Shown here piece by piece: positions 27,918 through 37,811 of a stretch of DNA of 43,295 nucleotides (positions are counted from its first letter, which is position 1; the number at the start of each line of letters is the position of its first letter). The stretch comes from an uncultured Granulosicoccaceae bacterium (GTDB lineage Bacteria; Pseudomonadota; Gammaproteobacteria; Granulosicoccales; Granulosicoccaceae). The notes beneath the pieces were generated by a model. It saw only the letters and a program-made list of their open reading frames with translations. It did no database searches and had not been told where the DNA came from. The position numbers and the translations under genes were made by a program. The stretch is from contig CALDUO010000171.1 of assembly GCA_937923745.1 (NCBI GenBank), positions 1 to 43,295 on the forward strand, written 5' to 3'.

Positions 27918-30563
27918 CTAGGCAGGCAGGCTTCGAAATACGATTTCGGAGACGTCTTTTGAGAGTGTGGACGATTGGCTGATGCGCTCCAGTTGACGTT
28001 TCATTAAGTCGGCGCGCTGATTATCGTAGCGACGCCACCGACCCAACGGATTAACCAGGCGCGCAGCGATCTGCGGATTTTTTTTATCCAGCAGTAACAC
28101 GTAATCCGCCAGTAACTCATAACCGGCACCACTGCGGTCGTGAAACCGAATGCCACCGGTTGCTACGAACGCGCCTATTAAGGAACGCACCCGGTTGGGG
28201 TTGCTCAGTTCGAACGCCTCATGCTCTGCCAACGCACGCACCTCAGCTATCACGGACGGTCGGCGCGAACTGGCCTGCAGTGCAAACCATTTGTCGATCA
28301 CCAGCTTGTCGTGCTGCCAACGGTCATAGAAATCTGCCAGTACCTCGTCGCGCTCCGGCACATCGGCATGGGTTAGCACGCGCAGGGCTGCCATCGTGTC
28401 GGTCATGTTTTGTGCTTCGTTGTAATGCGTTAACACGGGTTCGAGCCACAGGTCAGCATCCAGCGAGCCCAGATATTGCAGACAGATATTGTTAAGGCTA
28501 CGTCGCCCTTTGGCATCACTGTCGACACTGAATCCGCCGTTAGTGCTGGTTTGCGACCGAAGTTGCACCAACGTCTCACGGTGCTCTGACGCCAGGTAGT
28601 GCGTCAGTGACTGAATGGCAGCATCAATCTCATCGACGGCAATGATCTCATGCTGCGCCGCCACGGTTTGTATGCCCGGAAGCGTGAGCGCCTCTGCCAG
28701 AAACGCAGGGTCTGATACGTTGCCCAACAGCGTTGCAAACGCGGTGTGAAACGATTGAAAGCGCTTATCGGCAGGCGTTAAGGTCGAGTCTTGTACCAAC
28801 GCTTCGATCACCCGCTGATACAGTTGCTGACCAGCCTCCCATCGATTGAATGAATCGGTATCATGTGCCATCAAAAAGGCCAGCTCATCATCGCTGACGT
28901 CGTGATTCAGTATGACCGGTGCAGAAAACCCACGATTCAACGACAGAAACGGCGCTTCGGTCACCGCTGTAAATACAACGCTCTGGCGTTCTTCGGTGAG
29001 ATGTATACGTAACGTACCATCGGCCAACTTATCAGCATGAGCGGTTTCTACCGCCAACGGTTCACCCAACGACGGGCTCAGCAGTGACACCAACAGTGGC
29101 ATATGGAATGGCGCTTTGTCGGGTTGACCGGGCGTTGCCGGAGTCGACTGCGTGAGTGTCAGATGGTATTCCGAGGTGGCTGGATGATAGTCCCCGGTCA
29201 CCGTCACCACCGGGGTTCCGGCCTGGCTATACCAACGTCGAAACTGCGTCAGATCCTGTCCGCTGGCATCCTGCATGGCTTGTACAAAATCATCGCACGT
29301 CACCGCACACCCATCGTGGCGCTCAAAGTATAAATCGATACCCTTGCGATAGTCTGCCGCACCCAGCAATGTATGCAGCATGCGAATGACTTCAGCACCC
29401 TTTTCATACACAGTCACGGTGTAGAAGTTATTGATCTCGACATATTCATCAGGACGGATTGGGTGCGCCATGGGCCCTGCGTCTTCCGGAAACTGATGTG
29501 CTCTGAGCAAGCGCACGTCTTCGATGCGTTTGACAGCACGCGAATTCATGTCGGCGCTAAACTCCTGGTCACGGAAAACGGTGAGTCCTTCTTTCAGGCT
29601 CAGTTGAAACCAGTCACGGCAGGTTACCCGGTTGCCGGTCCAATTGTGAAAATACTCGTGCGCGATCACACCTTCGACACCACTGAAGTCGGCATCGGTT
29701 GCAGTTGCCTGATCTGCCAGTACGTATTTGGAATTAAAAATGTTGAGGCCCTTGTTTTCCATGGCACCCATGTTGAAATCATCAACGGCAACGATCATAA
29801 AAATATCAAGGTCGTATTCGAGCCCGTAGACTGTTTCATCCCAGCGCATGGAGGCCTTCAGCGCTGTCATGGCATAGCTACATTTCGACAGGTTATGTGC
29901 TTCAACAAAGATGGCCAGCTCTACCTGACGTCCTGACGCTGTAACAAAACTGTCAGTCAGCGCTACCAGGTCACCGGCAACCAGTGCAAAGAGATAACAG
30001 GGTTTGGGATGCGGGTCATGCCATGCCGCATAGTGTCGTCCATTCTGCAACTCACCCGCGTCGGTTTTGTTGCCATTGGACAGCAGGACCGGGTACTGAG
30101 CACGGTCTGCCTCGATGCGTACGGTAAAGACCGACAACACATCAGGGCGATCCGGGTAATAGGTGATTTTACGAAAGCCCTGCGCCTCACACTGCGTGCA
30201 GTAGTTTCCGCTGGACCGGTACAAACCCTCAAGCGCTGTGTTTTTCTCGGGGTAGATGCGGGTCTGAATGATCAGCTTCGCGTGATCCGGCAGTGCCTTG
30301 AATGTCAGTGACTCATCGGTGAGCTGATAGTCAGCGGTATTTAACATCACGCCATCGAGGTTAACCGACAACAGTTCGAGCTCGACACCGTCGAGTACCA
30401 GCTCCGTGACGGTAGCATCGGCATTGCGCCGCAACACCATGGTATTGGTGACAACCGTGCCCGTATCCTGAAGATCAAAGGCCAACTGTACGGAGTCCAC
30501 CCAGAAAGCCGGCGGCTGATAATCACGTCTCAAAATGGCCTTGGCAGCCTGATTGTCTTTCAT
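27918..30563 (-). CDS. pepN: aminopeptidase N
   Basis: 881 aa; GAMEN motif and HEYFHNWTGNRVT-(18)-E zinc site; M1 family architecture. Confidence 0.95.
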   Translation of the reverse strand: MKDNQAAKAILRRDYQPPAFWVDSVQLAFDLQDTGTVVTNTMVLRRNADATVTELVLDGVELELLSVNLDGVMLNTADYQLTDESLTFKALPDHAKLIIQTRIYPEKNTALEGLYRSSGNYCTQCEAQGFRKITYYPDRPDVLSVFTVRIEADRAQYPVLLSNGNKTDAGELQNGRHYAAWHDPHPKPCYLFALVAGDLVALTDSFVTASGRQVELAIFVEAHNLSKCSYAMTALKASMRWDETVYGLEYDLDIFMIVAVDDFNMGAMENKGLNIFNSKYVLADQATATDADFSGVEGVIAHEYFHNWTGNRVTCRDWFQLSLKEGLTVFRDQEFSADMNSRAVKRIEDVRLLRAHQFPEDAGPMAHPIRPDEYVEINNFYTVTVYEKGAEVIRMLHTLLGAADYRKGIDLYFERHDGCAVTCDDFVQAMQDASGQDLTQFRRWYSQAGTPVVTVTGDYHPATSEYHLTLTQSTPATPGQPDKAPFHMPLLVSLLSPSLGEPLAVETAHADKLADGTLRIHLTEERQSVVFTAVTEAPFLSLNRGFSAPVILNHDVSDDELAFLMAHDTDSFNRWEAGQQLYQRVIEALVQDSTLTPADKRFQSFHTAFATLLGNVSDPAFLAEALTLPGIQTVAAQHEIIAVDEIDAAIQSLTHYLASEHRETLVQLRSQTSTNGGFSVDSDAKGRRSLNNICLQYLGSLDADLWLEPVLTHYNEAQNMTDTMAALRVLTHADVPERDEVLADFYDRWQHDKLVIDKWFALQASSRRPSVIAEVRALAEHEAFELSNPNRVRSLIGAFVATGGIRFHDRSGAGYELLADYVLLLDKKNPQIAARLVNPLGRWRRYDNQRADLMKRQLERISQSSTLSKDVSEIVFRSLPA

Positions 30564-30677
30564 AGGGGTGTCCGGTTGATCCTGTGGGATTGAGGACGCA
30601 GAAACCGCACCTGTTGAGTTTGTTCAACACGGAACCACATCACACAACAAAGGGTACTGCATTCAGGGCGCAGGCGC

Positions 30678-31520
30678 ATGCTCCGCTACCGAACTATGAC
30701 CACCCGAACGCGGCCTTCACGGCATCCAAAAAGGCCTCGACGCCGCTTCAATTTTACCGGGCTTCGCATTATGGCGCTGCTTGGCGCGTTGATATTTTTT
30801 GGGCTAACGTCAGCGCACCAGTCGCTCTACAGCCGCAATTGGACCAAACCGCTCGACGTTGTGATCTACCCCATCAACGCAGACCGGTTTATCGCCACCC
30901 AGCAGTATATCGACACACTGTCATCGGCCACTTTTACCGACATCGAGACCTGGGCTTCACGCGAAGCTGACCGCTGGAACATTCCGCTCGACAAACCTTT
31001 TGCTGTCCGGCTGGGCGACACAGTGACAGCGTTACCGCCGGCACTCCCGGTTGATGCAACCAGTGCTGACACCCTGATCTGGGGACTCAAGTTCCGTTGG
31101 TGGGCACATCGGCACACACCCAAGGGTGATGCCAGTCTAACCACAGTGCGTATGTTCGTTTTGTATTACGACCCGTTCAGCGACAAACCACTGGCGCATT
31201 CTTTGGGGCTGCAAAAAGGACTATTGGGCGTCGTACACGCCTACGCGACCAAACGTCAGGCCGCACAGAACAATATCGTTATCTCACACGAAATGCTGCA
31301 CACCGTCGGCGCGTCCGATAAGTACGAAGGCTGGGGCGGCCCTGTCTATCCCTACGGGTTTACAAATCCACTGCGCACCCCGCTTTTTCCACAGCGAAGC
31401 GCTGAGATCATGGTAGGACGTATCCCCACCTCCCATACCTCATCCTATATGGCCGAAAGCCTCAAATCAGTTCAAATCAACCGGTTTACCGCAGCAGAGA
31501 TCAACTGGATCGATCACTGA
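30678..31520 (+). CDS. uncharacterised membrane-anchored protein with HExxHxxGxxD zinc-metallopeptidase-like motif
   Basis: 280 aa; Arg-rich N-terminus then TM helix (LRIMALLGALIFFGLTSA); motif HEMLHTVGASD at residues about 214-224; no family recognised. Start could be one of the downstream ATGs. Confidence 0.5.
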   Translation: MLRYRTMTTRTRPSRHPKRPRRRFNFTGLRIMALLGALIFFGLTSAHQSLYSRNWTKPLDVVIYPINADRFIATQQYIDTLSSATFTDIETWASREADRWNIPLDKPFAVRLGDTVTALPPALPVDATSADTLIWGLKFRWWAHRHTPKGDASLTTVRMFVLYYDPFSDKPLAHSLGLQKGLLGVVHAYATKRQAAQNNIVISHEMLHTVGASDKYEGWGGPVYPYGFTNPLRTPLFPQRSAEIMVGRIPTSHTSSYMAESLKSVQINRFTAAEINWIDH

Positions 31521-31620
31521 CACGTACCAGTCACAGCACCTACGGTGTTTTTTCGGCCGCTGACACAAGGCATTCACTCAAGAGGCCAAAACCTGCAGCC
31601 GGTTCTGCGCTCTGGCACAG

Positions 31621-31735
31621 GCCCTAGCTCAGGCTCAAGCTACGGCCCGGGCTCAGGCCCAAGCTCAGGCTCAGGCTCAGGCTCAGGCCCAAGCTACGGC
31701 CCGAGCCAAGGCCCAAGATACGGCCTCGGGCCTCC
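31621..31735. repeat. 6/12-nt-period degenerate tandem array (GGCTCA GGCTCA..., GGCCCAAGCTAC...) upstream of ctpA
   Basis: Read directly; generates spurious G/P/S-rich ORF 31545..31808. Confidence 0.8.
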
Positions 31736-32067
31736 GATAAAAGGATCGACACTTGCAACTGATACCGCGTATCGTTGTCTGAAACCCGTAACGCCGCTGT
31801 TTTGCTGACTCCATCACAATGTTTTCAGCGCAGCAGAGCCGCCGCGTTAACGCTGAATTACCCAAGGCCCATTAAAAAAGGCCAACCGAGTTCGAAAGGG
31901 CAGCATTTTTCATTGCGCGCGGCCCTCCCCGTGGCCGATAAAATTTAAGGGCTAATCGGCTGAGTTACCTTATTTTCGGTGCTAAACTCGAAGAGACCAA
32001 AAAGATAAGCAGCACCCGACAAAACTGGCAAGGCGATACCGCCGGTCCAGACAGGAGCATCTAACGA

Positions 32068-33384
32068 ATGATAAAAATGCGTGCAACACAATTGGTTCTC
32101 GTTGGCGCTATCCTCGGCGTCTCGTTGACGCTGGGTACCAGTGTACTGGCCACCCGGGATAAAACCACCGACATTCTGCCACTTGAGCAGATGCGCACCT
32201 TCACCGATGTCTTTGCCCGCATCAAAAACGACTACGTCGAAGAGGTCGATGACGACGAACTGCTCGAATATGCCATTCGAGGCATGCTCAACGGCCTTGA
32301 CCCCCACTCTGCGTACTTAAATACCGAAGAATTTAACGACCTCCGTATCGGAACCACCGGCGAGTTCGGCGGCCTCGGCATCGAGGTCAGTATGGAAGAC
32401 GGGTTTGTCAAAGTCGTTTCACCCATCGACGACACTCCAGCACAAAAAGCGGGTATGCAAAGCGGCGATCTCATCATTCGCCTTGACGACACTCCGGTTA
32501 AGGGGTTGTCGCTGAATGATGCCGTAAAGCTCATGCGTGGCAAGCCCGGCAGCAACATCATATTAACGGTCATTCGCGAAGGCGAAGATGCACCGCTCAA
32601 AGTCACCATCAAACGAGCTGTTATTAAAGTCACCAGTGTGCGTAGCCGCATGCTCGACGACTCAATTGGTTACGTCCGAATTTCGAACTTCCAAACCAAA
32701 TCCAATGCCGACATGGTCAAGGCCATCCGCGCACTCCAGAAAGAAAATGCCGACGGGCTCGGCGGACTTGTCCTGGATTTACGTAACAACCCAGGCGGCG
32801 TGCTGTCCGGTGCAGTTGCTATTTCGGATGCGTTCCTGAATGAAGGCCGTATCGTCTTCACCGATGGCCGCGAAGAGTCATCAAAGCTGTATTACGATGC
32901 CACCAACGGCGACATCCTCGACGGAGCCCCCTTGGTGGTGTTGGTCAACGGCGGCTCGGCATCAGCCTCAGAAATTGTCGCTGGCGCTATTCAGGATCAC
33001 GGTCGCGGTATTATCATGGGTAACAAAACCTTCGGTAAAGGCTCGGTTCAAACCATTCAGGACCTGCCGGGTGGCGGTGCCGTTAAATTAACCACTGCGC
33101 GCTATTACACACCCAGTGGCCGATCCATTCAGGCTCAGGGTATTGAACCAGACATTGAAACCAAGCAAGTCACTCTAACCCAAAACGAAGGGTCTGACTT
33201 CACACCACTGACAGAATCCAACCTGTCGGGTCATCTGTCTAACGGTGATGATGAAGAGACTGAGGCCGAAGCAGAAGAGGCCGCCAATGCTGAGGAAAAT
33301 CTGATTGAGCAAGATTACCAGTTGTATGAAGCGCTGAATCTGCTCAAAGGCCTGACCATCCTCAACAGCAACAAAGCAGGCTAA
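32068..33384 (+). CDS. carboxyl-terminal processing (tail-specific) protease, S41 family
   Basis: 438 aa; signal/anchor, PDZ domain, S41 catalytic region (GGSASASEI... K) as recalled for CtpA/Prc-like proteins. Confidence 0.85.
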   Translation: MIKMRATQLVLVGAILGVSLTLGTSVLATRDKTTDILPLEQMRTFTDVFARIKNDYVEEVDDDELLEYAIRGMLNGLDPHSAYLNTEEFNDLRIGTTGEFGGLGIEVSMEDGFVKVVSPIDDTPAQKAGMQSGDLIIRLDDTPVKGLSLNDAVKLMRGKPGSNIILTVIREGEDAPLKVTIKRAVIKVTSVRSRMLDDSIGYVRISNFQTKSNADMVKAIRALQKENADGLGGLVLDLRNNPGGVLSGAVAISDAFLNEGRIVFTDGREESSKLYYDATNGDILDGAPLVVLVNGGSASASEIVAGAIQDHGRGIIMGNKTFGKGSVQTIQDLPGGGAVKLTTARYYTPSGRSIQAQGIEPDIETKQVTLTQNEGSDFTPLTESNLSGHLSNGDDEETEAEAEEAANAEENLIEQDYQLYEALNLLKGLTILNSNKAG

Positions 33385-33399
33385 GTTAAACAAGCTAAC

Positions 33400-34719
33400 A
33401 TGGGTTGTCAGTACTACGCACCCGCTTCGGATTGCGAGGCGGGTTGCGCCAACACCTTTACGGTTGCTATCCCAAAAATCACCTTCGGGCGTGGCACACT
33501 GACTGAATGCGGTGCCAGAGCACAACGCCTCGGGTTAAAGCAAGTTGCAATCTTCACCGACAGCTTCCTTGCCACTCACCACATTATCGACACCGTCTGC
33601 CAGAGCCTCGCCAAGGTTGGCATCAGCTATAGCCTCTTCTCCGATATTCGCATTGAACCAAGTGACGTGACCGTCGCTGACGGTGCAAAATTTCTGAACT
33701 CCGGCAACTTCGACGGCGTAATCTCAGTTGGCGGCGGCTCGGTAATAGATACCGCAAAAGCGGCCATGGTGGTGTCGCGTTACCAAGACCCTGTGGGTGC
33801 CTACTTCGCGCCTCCCATTGGCGGCGGCAAAGCCGTGCCGGGACCGGTCCTGCCACACATCGCATGCCCCACGACATCCGGCACCGGTTCCGAGAGCACA
33901 TCAATTTCGGTCATTCGGGTAATGGAGTACGACACCAAATATGTCTTCGCCAGTCCGTGGATTTTGCCAGACGAAGCCATTGTTGACCCAGCATGCTGCG
34001 ATAGCCTGCCCAGTAATGTTGTTGCCTCTACCGGCTTTGATTTACTGTGTCATGCATTGGAATGCTACACCGCTCGCGCCTACACTAAGCATGCAGGTGT
34101 TACCAATATAAACCAACGCCAGCTTATACAGGGCGCAAATCCATGGAGCGATATGTCGGCACGCGAAGCACTCCGACTCGCGTCAGACTATTTGGTACGT
34201 GGTGTTCGTGACGCGACAGACCATGAAGCACGTGACCAGTTAAGTTGGGCGGCCACACTGGCTGGTTGCGCATTTGGAAATTCAGGTACTCATCTGCCGC
34301 ATGCCATGTCGTATGGTGTGACACACCTGATGAGCGATATCACCACCGAAGGTTACGATACCCCATCGCCGTTTGTGCCTCACGGTATCAGTGTTGCGGT
34401 CAGTGCACCCGCCATTTTTGAGTACACAGCAGAGGCAACACCTGAACGTCACTTGGAGGCTGCCGGATTTCTGAACGCAGACCAACAGGGCGCAACCCTC
34501 GACGATGCAGGCGAAGTACTCGCGACACGAATAGTACAACTCATGAAAGACTGCAATCTGCCAAACGGGCTCTCGGGCGTTGGCTTTACACAAAATGACA
34601 TTAAGGCGCTTGCTGCATCATCCATTCAGCAAAAACGCGCCATTTTAAATGCGCCACGTGAATCCAATATTGACGATCTGGAGTCCATGTACTCCAACGC
34701 TCTGCAGTACTGGACCTGA
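33400..34719 (+). CDS. iron-containing alcohol dehydrogenase family protein
   Basis: 439 aa; GGGS(V)IDTAK NAD-binding motif, His-rich metal site (HAMSYGVTH). Confidence 0.8.
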   Translation: MGCQYYAPASDCEAGCANTFTVAIPKITFGRGTLTECGARAQRLGLKQVAIFTDSFLATHHIIDTVCQSLAKVGISYSLFSDIRIEPSDVTVADGAKFLNSGNFDGVISVGGGSVIDTAKAAMVVSRYQDPVGAYFAPPIGGGKAVPGPVLPHIACPTTSGTGSESTSISVIRVMEYDTKYVFASPWILPDEAIVDPACCDSLPSNVVASTGFDLLCHALECYTARAYTKHAGVTNINQRQLIQGANPWSDMSAREALRLASDYLVRGVRDATDHEARDQLSWAATLAGCAFGNSGTHLPHAMSYGVTHLMSDITTEGYDTPSPFVPHGISVAVSAPAIFEYTAEATPERHLEAAGFLNADQQGATLDDAGEVLATRIVQLMKDCNLPNGLSGVGFTQNDIKALAASSIQQKRAILNAPRESNIDDLESMYSNALQYWT

Positions 34720-34740
34720 GCGCCTGATTAACAAGCCTGA

Positions 34741-35601
34741 TTAACAAGCCTGGGTATCCAGAAACCTTGCGGCACCTGACACACGAACTGAGCTGCCCGG
34801 TGTTGGGTTAATGTCGGCTTGGATCAGCGACCGACTCCCCATATCTTCACCTTGAATTAACGTGATACATCCTTCATGTGGCCACTGCACATCATTGAGA
34901 TAACCCGCAAAAGCAGCACTGGCGGCGCCGGTGGCCGGATCTTCGTAGACACCACCCGACGCAAACGGATTGCGTGTATGAAATAACGTGGGGGTTTCGG
35001 CATACGCAAACATCACTGTGACGAGATCATAGGCCTTCATAAACTGACGCCCAACTGCCAACTCATAGTGCATTGCAGACAGCAACTTGCGCGACGCCAA
35101 CACAACAACCAAATGATTGGCACCCGCATGGATAAACGCAGGCGGCAGGCGCTGATCGAGATCAGTAGTGCGATAACCGAATAGTGATAACGCCTCATTC
35201 ACCATGGCTTCATCCGGTATTCTGGAAAACGTTGGTGGTGACTGTAGCGCTGCTATAAGGTTACCTTCCGTCTTTATACCCTCTACCGTGATATCCGCCT
35301 GATTCAGCGCGAGGTTAAAAATTCCGGTACCGAATTTACTCGTTAACGCAGCGCCCAATGCAATCGTGGCATGACCACAGAACGGGACTTCAGACTCTGG
35401 TGAAAAATACCGAACTCGCCAATGATCATGACGTTTTTTCGGTAACCGGGCAGGCGCTAAAAACGCAGTTTCGGAATAACCGATCTCAGCCGCCATAGCT
35501 TGCATGGTTGCCTCCGGCGGGTGCTCCTGATCAATTACCACACCTGCAGGATTTCCTCCTTGCTGGCCGTCTGCAAACGCCGCGATCTTATGTATTTCCA
35601 T
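34741..35601 (-). CDS. PhzF family phenazine-biosynthesis-like isomerase
   Basis: 286 aa; N-terminal FADGQQGGNPAGVV and SETAF motifs typical of PhzF/YddE. Confidence 0.8.
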   Translation of the reverse strand: MEIHKIAAFADGQQGGNPAGVVIDQEHPPEATMQAMAAEIGYSETAFLAPARLPKKRHDHWRVRYFSPESEVPFCGHATIALGAALTSKFGTGIFNLALNQADITVEGIKTEGNLIAALQSPPTFSRIPDEAMVNEALSLFGYRTTDLDQRLPPAFIHAGANHLVVVLASRKLLSAMHYELAVGRQFMKAYDLVTVMFAYAETPTLFHTRNPFASGGVYEDPATGAASAAFAGYLNDVQWPHEGCITLIQGEDMGSRSLIQADINPTPGSSVRVSGAARFLDTQAC

Positions 35602-35665
35602 AGTCTCCTGTTCTTATCCGCTAACTCTACACACACTACCGCCAAATCTTGAAAATGAATTGGTG

Positions 35666-36223
35666 TTAATTTAAGCGAAGATCCACCAGTGACTGGTGCA
35701 GATTTGTCACCCATTGCTTTTGTTCGGCAGTATCGGGCACGGAATGCTTGCGCTTATTCGACACGTAAGCAAACGCCTCTTCAGGTGTAAAACCATCATA
35801 GATGAGAATACCTGCCACCACCATCCCAGAACGCCCAATACCGCCGTAACAATGTACCAACACCTGCTCACCTCGATGTATGCGTTGCCAAAGCTCACGT
35901 ACAAACGTTAGATAAGACGCATCAGACACGGGGAGTCCGTAGTCTTTGATGGGATAAGCAGTAAAAGTGATACCCAGTGTTTTGGCGATGGTCGGTTAAG
36001 CTGACAAGCCAGCCTTGGAGGCCTCTGGCTCTTCAAGTAATGATACAACCGATGTGACACCCGCCTGTCTAAATGCTTCGAGCGAATACACCTCTACTGC
36101 ATCATTGGTGACATTTCCGGTGGCGTTTCTGGTGGAGTTTCTGGTGACATTGGTAGTGACAGGCTTGGTACCGTTGTTGATATTGGTATCGCCGGAGACT
36201 GTAAGAGTGGGCTTTGGTGACAT
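35666..36223 (-). pseudogene. dual-specificity/tyrosine phosphatase-like gene interrupted by in-frame TAA (35996-35998); N-terminal part encoded by a 12-nt tandem repeat array (36107-36190)
   Basis: Translating through the stop gives ...VTSVVSLLEEPEASKAGLSA*PTIAKTLGITFTAYPIKDYGLPVSDASYLTFVRELWQRIHRGEQVLVHCYGGIGRSGMVVAG..., i.e. a contiguous DSP fold with HCxxGxxRS P-loop. The ORF track splits it into 35996..36223 and 35666..35929. Confidence 0.6.
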
Positions 36224-36554
36224 CCAGAGGCCACCATCACCTATGGCTTTGATAAAATAAACGACAGCTTCCTCTTTTATAATGTGGTTAACCTATACAA
36301 CTTCTGAGACAAGGATAACAGCCAGATGATCAATCGGGTACAACCCCACTCTCGCGCTAACCTAACACAGGGAATTCCTGCTCGCCACCTCCTGTCTACC
36401 ACCTCCTGTTCAGCACTACCTGCTTACCACCTTGGGCAGAGCATCGTCACAGCTCGCTCGATTGAACTCAACCCGTAGAATAGCTTTGGGTGTCACTCGA
36501 TTGAACGATCTGCTAAAACAATTACCAATGCCATGACCAAAGCGATCTGCCAAA

Positions 36555-36602
36555 GACATTACCAGAGACATTACCAGAAGCATCATCAGAGGCATCACCA
36601 GA
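36555..36602. repeat. 4 tandem degenerate 12-nt repeats (GACATTACCAGA x2, AGCATCATCAGA, GGCATCACCAGA)
   Basis: Read directly in spacer downstream of the AAC(6')-like GNAT gene. Confidence 0.8.
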
Positions 36603-36689
36603 GCGACTTGCTGCAGCGATCCGCAAAGACGCGCCGTCTGCTGAAAGGGCCCCCTTATGAATAACGCAAGCTAGCGTCGCCGGTTACCA

Positions 36690-37184
36690 CTACCGAGAGG
36701 CATATAACGACATCAGCACACAACTCCCCCACTCGCCGTTGATTTTATTATCCACTGCAAACCCGACGTTTCGATACGCAGATATAGCGGCTGTGTTGTC
36801 AGGATGAGGGTCGATACCGAGGGCTGGCACCCCGGTTTCAAAAAGTTGATGCGTCAGACGAGACAGGTATCGTGTTCCATGCCCCTTCCCGATAAACGCA
36901 TCTACCCCTATAAAGGTATCGATACCGCGAGAACCAACGGGCAAATAACCCAGATGATGATCAGGCCATGCCTGTATGTCGTAATCCTGCACATAGGCAA
37001 AGGGCTTATCATTTAACAGAACCAGTTGTATCCTGATCCTAATGTCAGTCAGATGTTGTTCCAGTGTATTGATGTAATCATCACCGGTGAACCACCGCAA
37101 CACCCACGGCTCTTTTAACCAATCTGACAACAGCGCCAGATCAGCTGAAACTACAGATCTAAATGAGTAATTATTGATAGCCAC
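36690..37184 (-). CDS. GNAT family acetyltransferase, aminoglycoside 6'-N-acetyltransferase (AAC(6')-Ib)-like
   Basis: N-terminus YSFRSVVSADLALLSDWLKEPWVLRWFTGDD parallels the AAC(6')-Ib start (ITLRLMTEHDLAMLYEWLNRSHIVEWWGG, recalled). Start placed at GTG 37182-37184 because the longer ORF-track N-terminus (to 37235) runs into a 14-nt tandem repeat array. Confidence 0.6.
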   Translation of the reverse strand: MAINNYSFRSVVSADLALLSDWLKEPWVLRWFTGDDYINTLEQHLTDIRIRIQLVLLNDKPFAYVQDYDIQAWPDHHLGYLPVGSRGIDTFIGVDAFIGKGHGTRYLSRLTHQLFETGVPALGIDPHPDNTAAISAYRNVGFAVDNKINGEWGSCVLMSLYASR

Positions 37185-37264
37185 AGACCTCGAGCTACAG
37201 ACTTCGAGCCACAGATTTCGAACCAGAGACGTCAAGGTAGAGACTTTCGGGCAGAGAACTCCAG
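37181..37264. repeat. 6 tandem degenerate 14-nt repeats (CCACAGACCTCGAG / CTACAGACTTCGAG / CCACAGATTTCGAA / CCAGAGACGTCAAG / GTAGAGACTTTCGG / GCAGAGAACTCCAG)
   Basis: Read directly; lies between the two GNAT genes, overlapping the upstream region of the AAC(6')-like gene. Confidence 0.8.
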
Positions 37265-37274
37265 GCTTACTCTC

Positions 37275-37760
37275 TTAATCGGCTTCCGGTACTGGATAAC
37301 TGTAAAGAATAAATTCTGATTTCGGACAGTAATGATCATACAGTTTACGTGCCCGCGCATTGGACTCTTGAGTTAGCCAACGCACATTGCTCACCCCCCA
37401 GTCACGTGCAGTTAATATCACATGATCAATCAGCGCTTTTCCGGCTCTGCTATTTCGATGCTCGGGCTTAACGTACAGATCACTCAGGTAACAGACCATT
37501 TCACCTGTCAATGAACGGTGCATAAGCTGGTACTGAACAAACCCGATAAGCTCACTGTTACGGGTATCTGAATGTTGTAGCGCTATAACGTCACACCAAA
37601 ACGGATTATCGTTGTCAAATATCCAATTCCACACGCGGCCCTGCCCACCATCCGGAATCACAACGTTGTAGAACGCCGCATAATCACTAAAAAGTGATTG
37701 CCAAGCCAAGCTATCGCGCGTTGCAAGCGGCCGAATAGACGTTGTGTTAGCTGAAGCCAT
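37275..37760 (-). CDS. GNAT family N-acetyltransferase
   Basis: 161 aa; acetyl-CoA motif region (RNSRAGKALIDHVILTARDWGV). Confidence 0.7.
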   Translation of the reverse strand: MASANTTSIRPLATRDSLAWQSLFSDYAAFYNVVIPDGGQGRVWNWIFDNDNPFWCDVIALQHSDTRNSELIGFVQYQLMHRSLTGEMVCYLSDLYVKPEHRNSRAGKALIDHVILTARDWGVSNVRWLTQESNARARKLYDHYCPKSEFILYSYPVPEAD

Positions 37761-37811
37761 GTCTTTCTTTTACCCTACCCTTTTTATGCTGCCCGTAACC
37801 GAGCGTTACGG

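Noticed and set aside
31545-31808. 87-aa Gly/Pro/Ser-rich ORF
   Set aside because: Encoded by the GGCTCA/GGCCCAAGCTAC repeat array. GTG start without SD. Same artefact class as above.
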